This document shows positions 1-7,695 of a stretch of 64,000 bases of DNA, one piece after another; position 1 is the stretch's first letter, and the number at the start of each line of letters is the position of its first letter. This DNA is from a virus (Duplodnaviria; Caudoviricetes): positions 32,001 to 96,000 of the IMG/VR virus record IMGVR_UViG_3300010167_000010; one strand, written 5' to 3'. Both the position numbers and the translations under genes were made by a program. A model generated the notes under the pieces. The model was given only the letters and a program-made list of their open reading frames with translations. It did no database searches and was not told the DNA's origin.

Positions 1-94
1 TTGTCCAACTTAAATGGACTGGTGGAGGTGACTTAACCGGTCACCCTATGCGATGGCTCGATGGAGCCCCTTGAGTGGGAAACATCGCTTTTAT

Positions 95-165
95 GTCTCC
101 GTTGTTCAGTAGAGAGCAAATGGTCTGCAAAATCATTAGAGTTGGTGCAAGTCCAACCGGGGACT
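95..165 (+). tRNA. tRNA-Cys(GCA)
   Basis: Acceptor GTCTCCG/CGGGGAC, anticodon arm ATGGT-CTGCAAA-ATCAT, T arm GTTGG-TGCAAGT-CCAAC, U73; no CCA. Confidence 0.85.
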
Positions 166-166
166 A

Positions 167-1381
167 ATGATGAATATTGAAAAATTAGAATCAAGATTAG
201 AAGATACTCATAAAACAGTTGCTGTATTAAGAGGAATGCTTGAAGAGTCTTTAATTCAAGAAGTATGTAAATTTTTAATTACTATTGGAAAAACTGAAGC
301 AACAAAAATTTGTGCTATGTTAGATGAACAAACTTTAGAAACTATAACGTTTGAAATAGCTAGACGAGAATATCTAACTGAATCAGAATGTCAAAATATT
401 TTAGAAATGTTTTGTAATTTATATGATAATGATAATTTTATAGTTTTAGGTGGAATAAATTATGCCAAAGATTTAATGACAGAAACTGTTGGCGAACAAA
501 AAGCTATAGATATATTAAATAGAATGTCATCATCATTACAAATTAAACCATTCGACTATATAAGAAGATGTCATCCTATAGATTTATTAAATATAATTCA
601 ACAAGAACATCCTCAAGTAATAGCTTTAATTTTATCTTATTTAGAACCAAATAAAGCATCTATAATGTTACAAAATTTACCAGCTGAACTAAGATCAGAT
701 ATTACCAGAAGAATAGCTTGCATGGACAGTATAGAACCAGAAACTTTACGAGAAGTTGAAAGGGTTTTAGAAAAAAAATTATCTACATTATCTGCTGAAG
801 ATTATTGGAGAAATGCCGGCGGATTGCCAGCGGTTGTAGAAATATTAAATTTGGTTGATAGAGAAGTTGAAAAACAAGTTATAGAAAATTTAGAAGATGA
901 AGACCCAGAATTAGCTGAAGAAATTAAAAAACGAATGTTTATATTTGAAGATATTGTTATGTTAAATGATCATTATATACAAAAAATATTACGAAATGTA
1001 GATAGTCAAGAGTTAGCTAAAGCATTATTTAATGTAGATTCAGAAGTACAAAATAAAATATTTAGAAATTTTTCTAAACGAGCTGAAGCAATGTTAAAAG
1101 AAGATATGATTTATATGGGTCCATTAAAATTAAAAGATATCGAAGAAGCTCAACAAAAAATAGTTTCTATAATTCGTAAATTGGAAGAAGACGGTGAAAT
1201 TTCACTTAATAGATGTGGTGAAAATGAAATGATTTCTCCTAATCTAAATATAGATGAAAAAGTTCAAGAACAAATGAAAAAAGAACATGAAGAAAATAAA
1301 TTGATATTAAATAGCGAAGAAAAACATAATTTTTTTTGGAAGCTAATTCTTAGAAAAATAAAAAGGTTAACTAATGGGTAA
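167..1381 (+). CDS. fliG: Flagellar motor switch protein FliG (spirochete-type)
   Basis: EHPQ motif, GG hinge, MFIFED motif, SKRA..LKED..MGP torque helix region. Confidence 0.95.
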   Translation: MMNIEKLESRLEDTHKTVAVLRGMLEESLIQEVCKFLITIGKTEATKICAMLDEQTLETITFEIARREYLTESECQNILEMFCNLYDNDNFIVLGGINYAKDLMTETVGEQKAIDILNRMSSSLQIKPFDYIRRCHPIDLLNIIQQEHPQVIALILSYLEPNKASIMLQNLPAELRSDITRRIACMDSIEPETLREVERVLEKKLSTLSAEDYWRNAGGLPAVVEILNLVDREVEKQVIENLEDEDPELAEEIKKRMFIFEDIVMLNDHYIQKILRNVDSQELAKALFNVDSEVQNKIFRNFSKRAEAMLKEDMIYMGPLKLKDIEEAQQKIVSIIRKLEEDGEISLNRCGENEMISPNLNIDEKVQEQMKKEHEENKLILNSEEKHNFFWKLILRKIKRLTNG

Positions 1382-2771
1382 ATACGTATTAGATCAAGAT
1401 GATATTGATGATTTAGTAGAAAATGACGATTGGAAAGAATCTTTTAGTTTTAAAAAAGTTAAGGGAAAACATAAAATGACTGAAGTATTAAGTGCAAAAG
1501 AAATAGACGAATTATTAAAAGCTATTAATGCTGGAGAAACTGATCCAGAAGATTTAAAACCGGCGTGTAATGCTAGAAAAATAAAAATATACGATTTTAA
1601 GCGTCCTGATAAATTTTCCAAAGAACAAATTAGAACTGTTTCAATAATGCATGAAACATTTGCTAGATTAAGTACTACTTTTTTATCGGCCAGATTAAGA
1701 CAATTAGTTCATGTTCATGTTGCTTCAGTTGATCAATTAACTTATGAAGAATTTATTCGTTCTGTACCAACACCTACTACAATGGCAATTATAAACATGG
1801 ATCCATTAAAGGGTAGTGCAATATTAGAAATTGATCCTGCAGTAACATTTGCTTTTATAGATAGATTATGTGGTGGAACTGGAGAAGGTACAAAATCTCA
1901 ACACGAATTAACTGATATTGAAATGAGTTTAATGGAAGGAATGATTGTACGATTATTGGGAAACATAAGAGAAGCCTGGTCACAAATTATAGATTTACGA
2001 CCACGATTAGGACAAGTAGATACTAATCCACAATTTTGTATGATAGTACCACCAACTGAAATGACAGTTCTTGTTACATTTGAAGTAAAGGTTGGTGATG
2101 TAGAAGGAATGTTTAATTTATGTATTCCACATATTTTATTAGAACCTATAATGGATAGAATGTCAGCTGCATATTGGTATGGGAGTGGTTGGAATAATAC
2201 TGTCCCTAAAACTTTTAATCAAGAAAAATTAGATAATATAGATGTTTCTTTAAGAGCTGAATATTTTAAAACTACTATGTCGTTATCACAATTAAGTTAT
2301 TTATTAAATAATAATGGAATAATATTAAATGAAGATCATGAAGAAAATACTGGAAAATTATATATAAATAATTTATATATTGGGGAATTTAAAGAAATAG
2401 ACGTTTTAAGAGAACATAAGAAAATTAAAATAACAAAAATAACAAATATTATGGAGAAAAATTATATGAATGAAAAAAATAATATCGACTTTTCAGGTGG
2501 AAATTTATCTGAAATTAAGGTCCAAATAATTACTGAATTAGGAAGAACTTCTAGAACTTTAAAAGAAATTTCTAGTTTTGGAGAAGGTACAATCTTAGAA
2601 TTAGATAAGTTAGCTGGAGAACCTGTCGATATATTTGCTAATAATGTTTTAATAGCAAAAGGTGAAGTTGTAGTAATAGATGAAAATTTTGGTGTCAGAA
2701 TAACTGATGTTCTTAATCAAAAAGAAAAGGAAGAGGGGCCTTGCAAAGGAGATGAAGCTCAAAACAGCTAG
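1374..2771 (+). CDS. fliM: FliM-FliN fusion flagellar switch protein
   Basis: [41 protein letters not shown] (FliM); C-terminal SpoA domain [27 protein letters not shown] (FliN/FliY-C). Confidence 0.93.
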   Translation: MGKYVLDQDDIDDLVENDDWKESFSFKKVKGKHKMTEVLSAKEIDELLKAINAGETDPEDLKPACNARKIKIYDFKRPDKFSKEQIRTVSIMHETFARLSTTFLSARLRQLVHVHVASVDQLTYEEFIRSVPTPTTMAIINMDPLKGSAILEIDPAVTFAFIDRLCGGTGEGTKSQHELTDIEMSLMEGMIVRLLGNIREAWSQIIDLRPRLGQVDTNPQFCMIVPPTEMTVLVTFEVKVGDVEGMFNLCIPHILLEPIMDRMSAAYWYGSGWNNTVPKTFNQEKLDNIDVSLRAEYFKTTMSLSQLSYLLNNNGIILNEDHEENTGKLYINNLYIGEFKEIDVLREHKKIKITKITNIMEKNYMNEKNNIDFSGGNLSEIKVQIITELGRTSRTLKEISSFGEGTILELDKLAGEPVDIFANNVLIAKGEVVVIDENFGVRITDVLNQKEKEEGPCKGDEAQNS

Positions 2772-2919
2772 TATTTTATTTTTAATTTTATTTTTAATAA
2801 CGTTTTTAATGATATTATTAAAAGTATCAATTATAAGTTTAATCTTATTTTGTATTACAACAATTTTTGCAATATTTTTAGGAGGATATTTAATATATGA
2901 GCACAATGGTCTTTGTTAG
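2707..2919 (+). CDS. Small membrane protein (start probably the later Met, MKLKTAS)
   Basis: Two hydrophobic segments; AAGGAG upstream of internal ATG. Confidence 0.5.
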   Translation: MFLIKKKRKRGLAKEMKLKTASILFLILFLITFLMILLKVSIISLILFCITTIFAIFLGGYLIYEHNGLC

Positions 2920-2969
2920 TTGTATAGTTTTATTTTTAGTTTTTTGGATTAAAATAAGTTGGTAATTTT

Positions 2970-3054
2970 GCTCAGGTGGTGGAATTTAGAAGACACCCTA
3001 GCCCGAGGAGCTAGTGCCCGAAAGGGCGTGCAAGTGCAAGTCTTGTCCTGAGTA
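2970..3054 (+). tRNA. tRNA-Leu(GAG), C33 variant
   Basis: GCTCAGG/CCTGAGT acceptor, CTAGC-CCGAGGA-GCTAG, long variable arm GCCC-GAAA-GGGC. Confidence 0.85.
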
Positions 3055-3096
3055 ATATGAATGTCGATATGGAAATGTACAATCCATGAAGTTCAT

Positions 3097-3158
3097 ATCT
3101 TGGGAAAGAGCAGGCTAGAAATGACCCCTGGGTGAGTGCGAAGTCTCACCTCCAAGAT
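3097..3158 (+). ncRNA. Truncated tRNA-like element (acceptor plus T arm)
   Basis: ATCTTGG/CCAAGAT terminal stem, GGTGAG-TGCGAAGT-CTCACC T-like arm, no D stem or canonical anticodon loop. Confidence 0.45.
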
Positions 3159-3161
3159 TAT

Positions 3162-3236
3162 GCCATCGTAGCCCAACGGCAGAGGCACTACGCTTAGAAC
3201 GTAGAAAGGTGTCGAGTTCAAATCTCACCGATGGTA
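3162..3236 (+). tRNA. tRNA-Leu(TAG), short variable region
   Basis: GCCATCG/CGATGGT, CTACG-CTTAGAA-CGTAG, TTCAAAT T loop with a bulged T stem. Confidence 0.8.
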
Positions 3237-3319
3237 CTTATACAATAAATATTATAGAGGTAGATTAAAATTACTTTAAGTGTCCTCTACTAAATAGTAA
3301 TAAAGTGAAGATAAATATT

Positions 3320-3466
3320 ATGAGTATTGAATTTAATCAAAAAGTAGTTTGTGAAGATTGTAAAGAATTACTAGAAAGTGAATACGAGATAATTTCTGAA
3401 GCTACTGATAAATGTGATTTTTGTGATAAAATTGGAAAATTTGAAATAATACTTTTAATTGATTAG
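3320..3466 (+). CDS. Small Cys-rich (CxxC..CxxC) protein, 48 aa
   Basis: ATG 3320 to TAG 3466; CEDC and CDFC; below the ORF track cutoff. Confidence 0.5.
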   Translation: MSIEFNQKVVCEDCKELLESEYEIISEATDKCDFCDKIGKFEIILLID

Positions 3467-3468
3467 AA

Positions 3469-3539
3469 GCCCGATTGATGTAACAGGAGCATGATGGTCC
3501 TACAAACCGTTCGCAATGGTGCAAATCCATTATTGGGTA
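3469..3539 (+). tRNA. tRNA-Val(TAC), C33 variant
   Basis: GCCCGAT/ATTGGGT, ATGGT-CCTACAA-ACCGT, AATGG-TGCAAAT-CCATT. Confidence 0.8.
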
Positions 3540-3552
3540 AAAGGAAAATAAT

Positions 3553-3777
3553 ATGAGTAAGTTCGTAAAACAAAATAAAATGAAAGATTACGAAACTGTT
3601 GTACCTGCAAAAATACTTCATTATATGTTTACTACTCATGGTTTTCCACCAGAAATGGTAAAAGAAATGGCAGAAGAAAAGGGTTTAACAGTTGACTTAG
3701 ATGGTTTTTATAAAATGATGGAATTAGAAAAAGAAAAGTCTAGATCTAATAGTAAATTGATACAAGGTAAAATATAA
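3553..3777 (+). CDS. Stand-alone fragment homologous to the alanyl-tRNA synthetase helical region
   Basis: MFTTHGFPPEMVKEMAEEKGLTVDLDGFYKMME resembles the AlaRS segment LYDTYGFP.DLT.E.A.E.GL.VD..GF...M; RBS AAGGA. Confidence 0.75.
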   Translation: MSKFVKQNKMKDYETVVPAKILHYMFTTHGFPPEMVKEMAEEKGLTVDLDGFYKMMELEKEKSRSNSKLIQGKI

Positions 3778-3817
3778 AGCCCCGCGTCTGGCAGCTTCGG
3801 CGTATGACGCACTTTAA

Positions 3818-3889
3818 GCAGTATATGAGTAGATAGCGACTCACGTGATTGCCAATCATGAGAGGCGGGTGCGTGTCCCGCATACTGCT
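3818..3889 (+). tRNA. tRNA-Gly(GCC)
   Basis: GCAGTAT/ATACTGC, GAGT/ACTC D stem, CGTGA-TTGCCAA-TCATG, GCGGG/CCCGC T stem, U73. Confidence 0.8.
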
Positions 3890-3891
3890 AT

Positions 3892-3974
3892 GTGAACGTG
3901 CGCGAGTGGTTAAAGCGGCTTGATTGTGGATCAAGTGGAGAAATCCATCGGGAGTTCAAATCTCCTCGTTCACC
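3892..3974 (+). tRNA. tRNA-His(GTG) with long variable arm
   Basis: GTGAACG/CGTTCAC, CTTGA-TTGTGGA-TCAAG, variable arm TGGA-GAAA-TCCA, C73. Confidence 0.85.
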
Positions 3975-3986
3975 TAACTAATTATT

Positions 3987-4349
3987 ATGAAAAAATGTTG
4001 TAAATGCAAAAACAAACAAGAAGATAAACAACCAGATTACTATTATTATGATAGAAATCCCAGAGTAACCTCTATGAGACGATTTATAAAAGAACAATAT
4101 GCATTATGGTTAGCAGAACAAAGATCCAAACCACAACAGAAAAAAGATGATGGAGAATGGAATTATAGATTTAAATTTGGAGACGTATCACCAAAACAAG
4201 CTTGGCAAACTTATTCAAAATATATTGAAGACAATGCTTGTAGATATCCAGTTTGGCCAAATTTTCATGGTCGAATGACTTCTGTTTCATCATTAGATAC
4301 TTCAAATATTAGAACTGTACAAAAATTTGGCACAACTTGGAGAGTATAA
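3987..4349 (+). CDS. Hypothetical protein
   Basis: ORF preceded by the ACTAATTA motif. Confidence 0.55.
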   Translation: MKKCCKCKNKQEDKQPDYYYYDRNPRVTSMRRFIKEQYALWLAEQRSKPQQKKDDGEWNYRFKFGDVSPKQAWQTYSKYIEDNACRYPVWPNFHGRMTSVSSLDTSNIRTVQKFGTTWRV

Positions 4350-4662
4350 ATGTTTATTTTTAGTTTAATAGTTGCTATTCTTGTTATAGTAATTATTATA
4401 AAAATTTCATTTAGTATTGGTTATCAAAAAGGCCATGAAAATGGTTATATGGAAGCAGAATATCGTTTCAATAAAAAATCTACAACTTATGCAAATCCTT
4501 TAGATGAAGATTTAACTGGGTATATTTAACATGTCAGCATCTGGGCGAGTATGGGAGCAGAAAGCAAGGAGATAAGGCGATGAGCGGCTCGAGCGTGGTC
4601 GTCGTGAACGGGGCGGAACCGACCGCTGGCAAACCTATATTAGTTAATTTAACTAAATAAAT

Positions 4663-5298
4663 ATGATAGGTATTTATTTAATTACAAATTTAACTAATAA
4701 AAAACGATATGTTGGTAAATCTAAAAATATTGAAAATAGATGGAAACAACATAAAAAATTAAATGATGGTTATAGACCGTCTTACTTACAAAGTGCCTTT
4801 TTAAAAGAAGGGATAGAAAATTTTTCTTTTGAAGTTTGGGAAGAATGTATTTTAGAAAAATTAAATGAAAGAGAAAAATTTTGGATTAAAGAATTAGAAA
4901 CGAGAAATCCCGAATTTGGATATAATTTAACAAAGGGTGGTGATGGGGGAGATACTTTTTATATTCAATCTGAAGAAAAACAAAATGAATTAAGAAAAAT
5001 TTTTAGTGAAAATAGTAAAAAATATAATACTATTAAATATCTTCAAACAGATAGAGCTGAACAATCAAGAAAACCTCATAGAAAAAAATTAGGCCAAAAT
5101 GCTAAAGGTAAAACATGGCAATGGAATGAAGAAAAAAGAAAAAATTATATACCTTCAAATAAAGGAAAATTAATGAATAATGAACAAAAAGAAAAACAAA
5201 AACAATATCATTGGTTTAATAATGGGATTATTCAAATAATGTCAATAAAATGTCCGGAAAATTTTAATTCAGGAATGTTAAAAAGAAAAACTAACTAA
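4663..5298 (+). CDS. GIY-YIG homing endonuclease (Seg-like)
   Basis: GIYLITN..YVGKS..NRWKQH, ERE..WI, GYN motifs; basic C-terminal DNA-binding region. Confidence 0.9.
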   Translation: MIGIYLITNLTNKKRYVGKSKNIENRWKQHKKLNDGYRPSYLQSAFLKEGIENFSFEVWEECILEKLNEREKFWIKELETRNPEFGYNLTKGGDGGDTFYIQSEEKQNELRKIFSENSKKYNTIKYLQTDRAEQSRKPHRKKLGQNAKGKTWQWNEEKRKNYIPSNKGKLMNNEQKEKQKQYHWFNNGIIQIMSIKCPENFNSGMLKRKTN

Positions 5299-5312
5299 TA
5301 AGAAGTTTTTAT

Positions 5313-5654
5313 ATGAACAAAGGACCAATAGTTCAAAAGTTAGCTAAGCTTTTGATGTTATATCAAAATGCGGCGTCTACCCGTGGTGAAAAAGATGTAG
5401 CAATAATTAAAATAAAAAACTTATGTGAACAACATAAGTTAAAAATTGATGGAAATACTGTTATTGATTTAGAAGCTGTTAAAAAAGTAGAAACACAAAA
5501 AACAGCACCTATTTCACCAGTAGTAAAACAAACTATTTTAGGAGACCCATCAGCGTACAATAGATATGTATATTATAATGGACAAAAATATTATGGAAGG
5601 GTACCTAAACATATTTATGAAAAAGATAATGAAATTAGAAAAAGAAAATTTTGA
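5313..5654 (+). CDS. Hypothetical protein, DUF2786-like N-terminus
   Basis: KLAKLL..A....GEKDVA..K...L..QH pattern. Confidence 0.5.
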   Translation: MNKGPIVQKLAKLLMLYQNAASTRGEKDVAIIKIKNLCEQHKLKIDGNTVIDLEAVKKVETQKTAPISPVVKQTILGDPSAYNRYVYYNGQKYYGRVPKHIYEKDNEIRKRKF

Positions 5655-5681
5655 ACAATAACATTATTTTTCTTATATAAT
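5651..5681 (+). promoter_or_regulatory. Sigma70-like (early) promoter
   Basis: TTGAACA..TCTTATATAAT; recurs at 25167 and 54488. Confidence 0.6.
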
Positions 5682-5767
5682 TAATGTAAGGGAGTGGAAA
5701 CACACCTTTATAGAGTGAGTAAGGCAGAGCCGAGGCGGAGCAACTTAAATGTTGAACCCAAAACTCT

Positions 5768-5866
5768 AAAAGAAGTCTGTCAAAGAACTAGTGGTCAGAG
5801 CCGGATTGATACTAGTCAGGTAGGCAGCCGGGTACGGTAATATGGGTTCGATTCCCATCTTCTTTT
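5768..5866 (+). ncRNA. tRNA-like RNA with expanded interior
   Basis: AAAAGAAG/CTTCTTTT terminal stem, canonical T arm ATGGG-TTCGATT-CCCAT, internal ACTAGT/ACTAGT-closed helix. Confidence 0.5.
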
Positions 5867-5953
5867 ATTCGGAGTGAGTAAAGAGCGGCTTATTTACTAG
5901 TAGCCGGGACTCCGAGTTTTTGAAATTGATCTCCGAGGTTAGGAGTTCAAATT

Positions 5954-6181
5954 ATGTACAAGTATGGTAGAAAAATCGCAATAGAGAATTGCGCAAAAGG
6001 TATGATGACTGTCAAGACATTGGCAAATGCATTGTATTACATGGGTTATCGGTATTCTGATGACGAAGTAAAAGAATTAGTAAATAATTGCTTAGATGGT
6101 TCCGGAGACTTTGTGAGCTTGTCTGGAGCGGCAGTTAATATAATTAAAGATGGTCAGCTGTTTGGTTATGGAACTCACTAG
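5954..6181 (+). CDS. Hypothetical protein
   Basis: Strong RBS AGGAG upstream. Confidence 0.6.
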   Translation: MYKYGRKIAIENCAKGMMTVKTLANALYYMGYRYSDDEVKELVNNCLDGSGDFVSLSGAAVNIIKDGQLFGYGTH

Positions 6182-6184
6182 TGG

Positions 6185-6517
6185 AGTATACTGCCGGCAA
6201 ATCTGCATTCATCAAAATGTTGGTCAAAAGTATTAAGTTACAGGACGGCCTTCATAGATAGTTGCCATAGCTTAGTCTGCGCGCTATCAAAAATAAATGG
6301 TGGCATAGTGGCCTTAAATGTCGTATGGCAGCCAAAATATTCCGTCACAGTCATAACGGATATAAAAAGACTGGTCGCCTAAAGGTTGCGACTAATAAGT
6401 GAACCAGTTAAATTGCACCGAGTCGACAGTGCCGAGGTTGGAATGCTCCGCGTTAATAAAAGCAAGTTGCAGGCGCCTGCACATTAAAATTATTAGACCT
6501 TACGTATAGCGTGAGGG
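6185..6517 (+). ncRNA. Putative tandem-pseudoknot structured RNA
   Basis: Up to five consecutive H-type pseudoknot pairings read by eye; raised GC; non-coding. Confidence 0.5.
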
Positions 6518-6588
6518 TTTGCAAGAATTGAAGTGCCGGGATCCGCGGATTATTAACTGGTAGAGGGTGCAACTCCCTCCTTGCAAAG
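6518..6588 (+). ncRNA. D-armless tRNA-like element
   Basis: TTTGCAAG/CTTGCAAA, T arm GAGGG-TGCAACT-CCCTC, GCCGG/CTGGT helix in place of an anticodon arm. Confidence 0.5.
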
Positions 6589-6601
6589 AGTTTTATTTTT
6601 A

Positions 6602-6674
6602 CAGAGTGTAGACCAAATAGATGGCCGCCTGTTTTGGAGACAGGAGATTGGAGATGCGAGCGCTCCCGCTCTGA
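6602..6674 (+). tRNA. tRNA-Pro(TGG)
   Basis: CAGAGTG/CGCTCTG, CCTGT-TTTGGAG-ACAGG; atypical T loop. Confidence 0.8.
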
Positions 6675-6682
6675 TTTATTTT

Positions 6683-6754
6683 GGCGCTATCGGCTAATGG
6701 TTAGGCCAGCAGGTTTTCAACCTACTAATCGGAGTTCGATTCTCCGTAGCGCTA
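6683..6754 (+). tRNA. tRNA-Glu(TTC)
   Basis: GGCGCTA/TAGCGCT, loop TTTTCAA, CGGAG-TTCGATT-CTCCG. Confidence 0.88.
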
Positions 6755-6850
6755 TTATACTATGTGTTTACCAACTATCAACGTTGGGCTGGAACAGTCG
6801 GAATACTAAATTAAATTGTTTATCCGATATGCCAGTGCATAGTATTTTAT

Positions 6851-6924
6851 TCCCTGGTAGCTCAGTTGGTATGAGCAACTGGCTGTTAACCAGTTGGTCC
6901 TAGGTTCAAGTCCTAGTCAGGGAG
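6851..6924 (+). tRNA. tRNA-Asn(GTT)
   Basis: TCCCTGG/TCAGGGA, ACTGG-CTGTTAA-CCAGT, GGTTCAAGTCC, G73. Confidence 0.93.
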
Positions 6925-7058
6925 AAACAAAATCCCACCGCCCCCGGGTTTTAGAAAAACAAGCGGAAAGGGTATTGCGGGTCGTTAAACCTTGACGACA
7001 ACAAGGACGCAAGTTAAACCGGACGATGCTAATGGCGGAGAGTCTTAGCGGGACGGAA

Positions 7059-7124
7059 TCTATATGGTGTAGGTAGCACATCGACCGCAATGTCGAAGGT
7101 TTGAGATCGGAACTCAATATAGAA
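7059..7124 (+). pseudogene. Degenerate cloverleaf with 6-nt anticodon loop
   Basis: TCTATA/TATAGA, GTGT/GCAC, TCGAC-CGCAAT-GTCGA, TTGAG/CTCAA. Confidence 0.5.
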
Positions 7125-7147
7125 AAATTTCAATGTTAGGATTTAGA

Positions 7148-7401
7148 CCACGATAGCTTGGCGATCAGATGGCGTACAAATGAGTCCATTCTGAGCAAGT
7201 AGCGACAATAACTAGATTCCGGCGAAATTCGACTGACCGTCGTATAAAGTCAAATGAGTAAACCTTGATTAATGGTGCTGAATAGCTACAGTGATTAATC
7301 CGTAAATGTTCACGTGACGAACTGAGTTTGGCGACAAGTCTTTGTAATATGTCGTGGGTATTTGGTACCATTTACCCTGCTTCCGGAGCAAAAAATGGTA
7401 C
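7148..7401 (+). ncRNA. Putative large structured RNA
   Basis: Long-range CCACGATA/TGTCGTGG helix, internal hairpins, 3' pseudoknot GGGTA/TACCC plus GTACCATT/AATGGTAC. Confidence 0.45.
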
Positions 7402-7406
7402 AATTT

Positions 7407-7482
7407 GCGCTACTGGTGTTAATAGTTTTGAGCATATCAGTCTTCCAAACTGGTGGGGAGAGTGCAAGTCTCTCGTAGCGCT
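7407..7482 (+). tRNA. tRNA-Gly(TCC)
   Basis: GCGCTAC/GTAGCGC, TCAGT-CTTCCAA-ACTGG, U73. Confidence 0.88.
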
Positions 7483-7601
7483 TAATACGGGAAACCGGGT
7501 GTTGTTGGTACGCTTCCAACGAACTAAATAAGTCTAGGAGTAGACAACTATTTTAGGGATTGGATCAGGATCTCGTGTTAAATCCGAGAAACCAACTTTA
7601 A

Positions 7602-7676
7602 GGGCTTGTAGCTCACAGTAGGTAGAGCGCGTGCTTTGCAAGCATGAGGTAGACCGTTCGATCCGGTTCAGGTCCA
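7602..7676 (+). tRNA. tRNA-Ala(TGC)
   Basis: GGGCTTG/CAGGTCC with G3:U70, CGTGC-TTTGCAA-GCATG, A73. Confidence 0.9.
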
Positions 7677-7695
7677 TTAGTTAATTTAAAAATAC

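Noticed and set aside
1-90. Structured RNA at the window start
   Set aside because: Hairpins are visible, but the element is probably cut by the window edge and cannot be classified
167-2771. Bacterial chromosomal flagellar operon
   Set aside because: No fliF, fliH, fliL or other flagellar neighbours; embedded among phage tRNAs, homing endonucleases and virion genes
6185-6588. Canonical tmRNA
   Set aside because: The pseudoknots are not enclosed by a G3:U70 tRNA-like domain and the adjacent acceptor stem lacks Ala identity; kept only as an unclassified RNA
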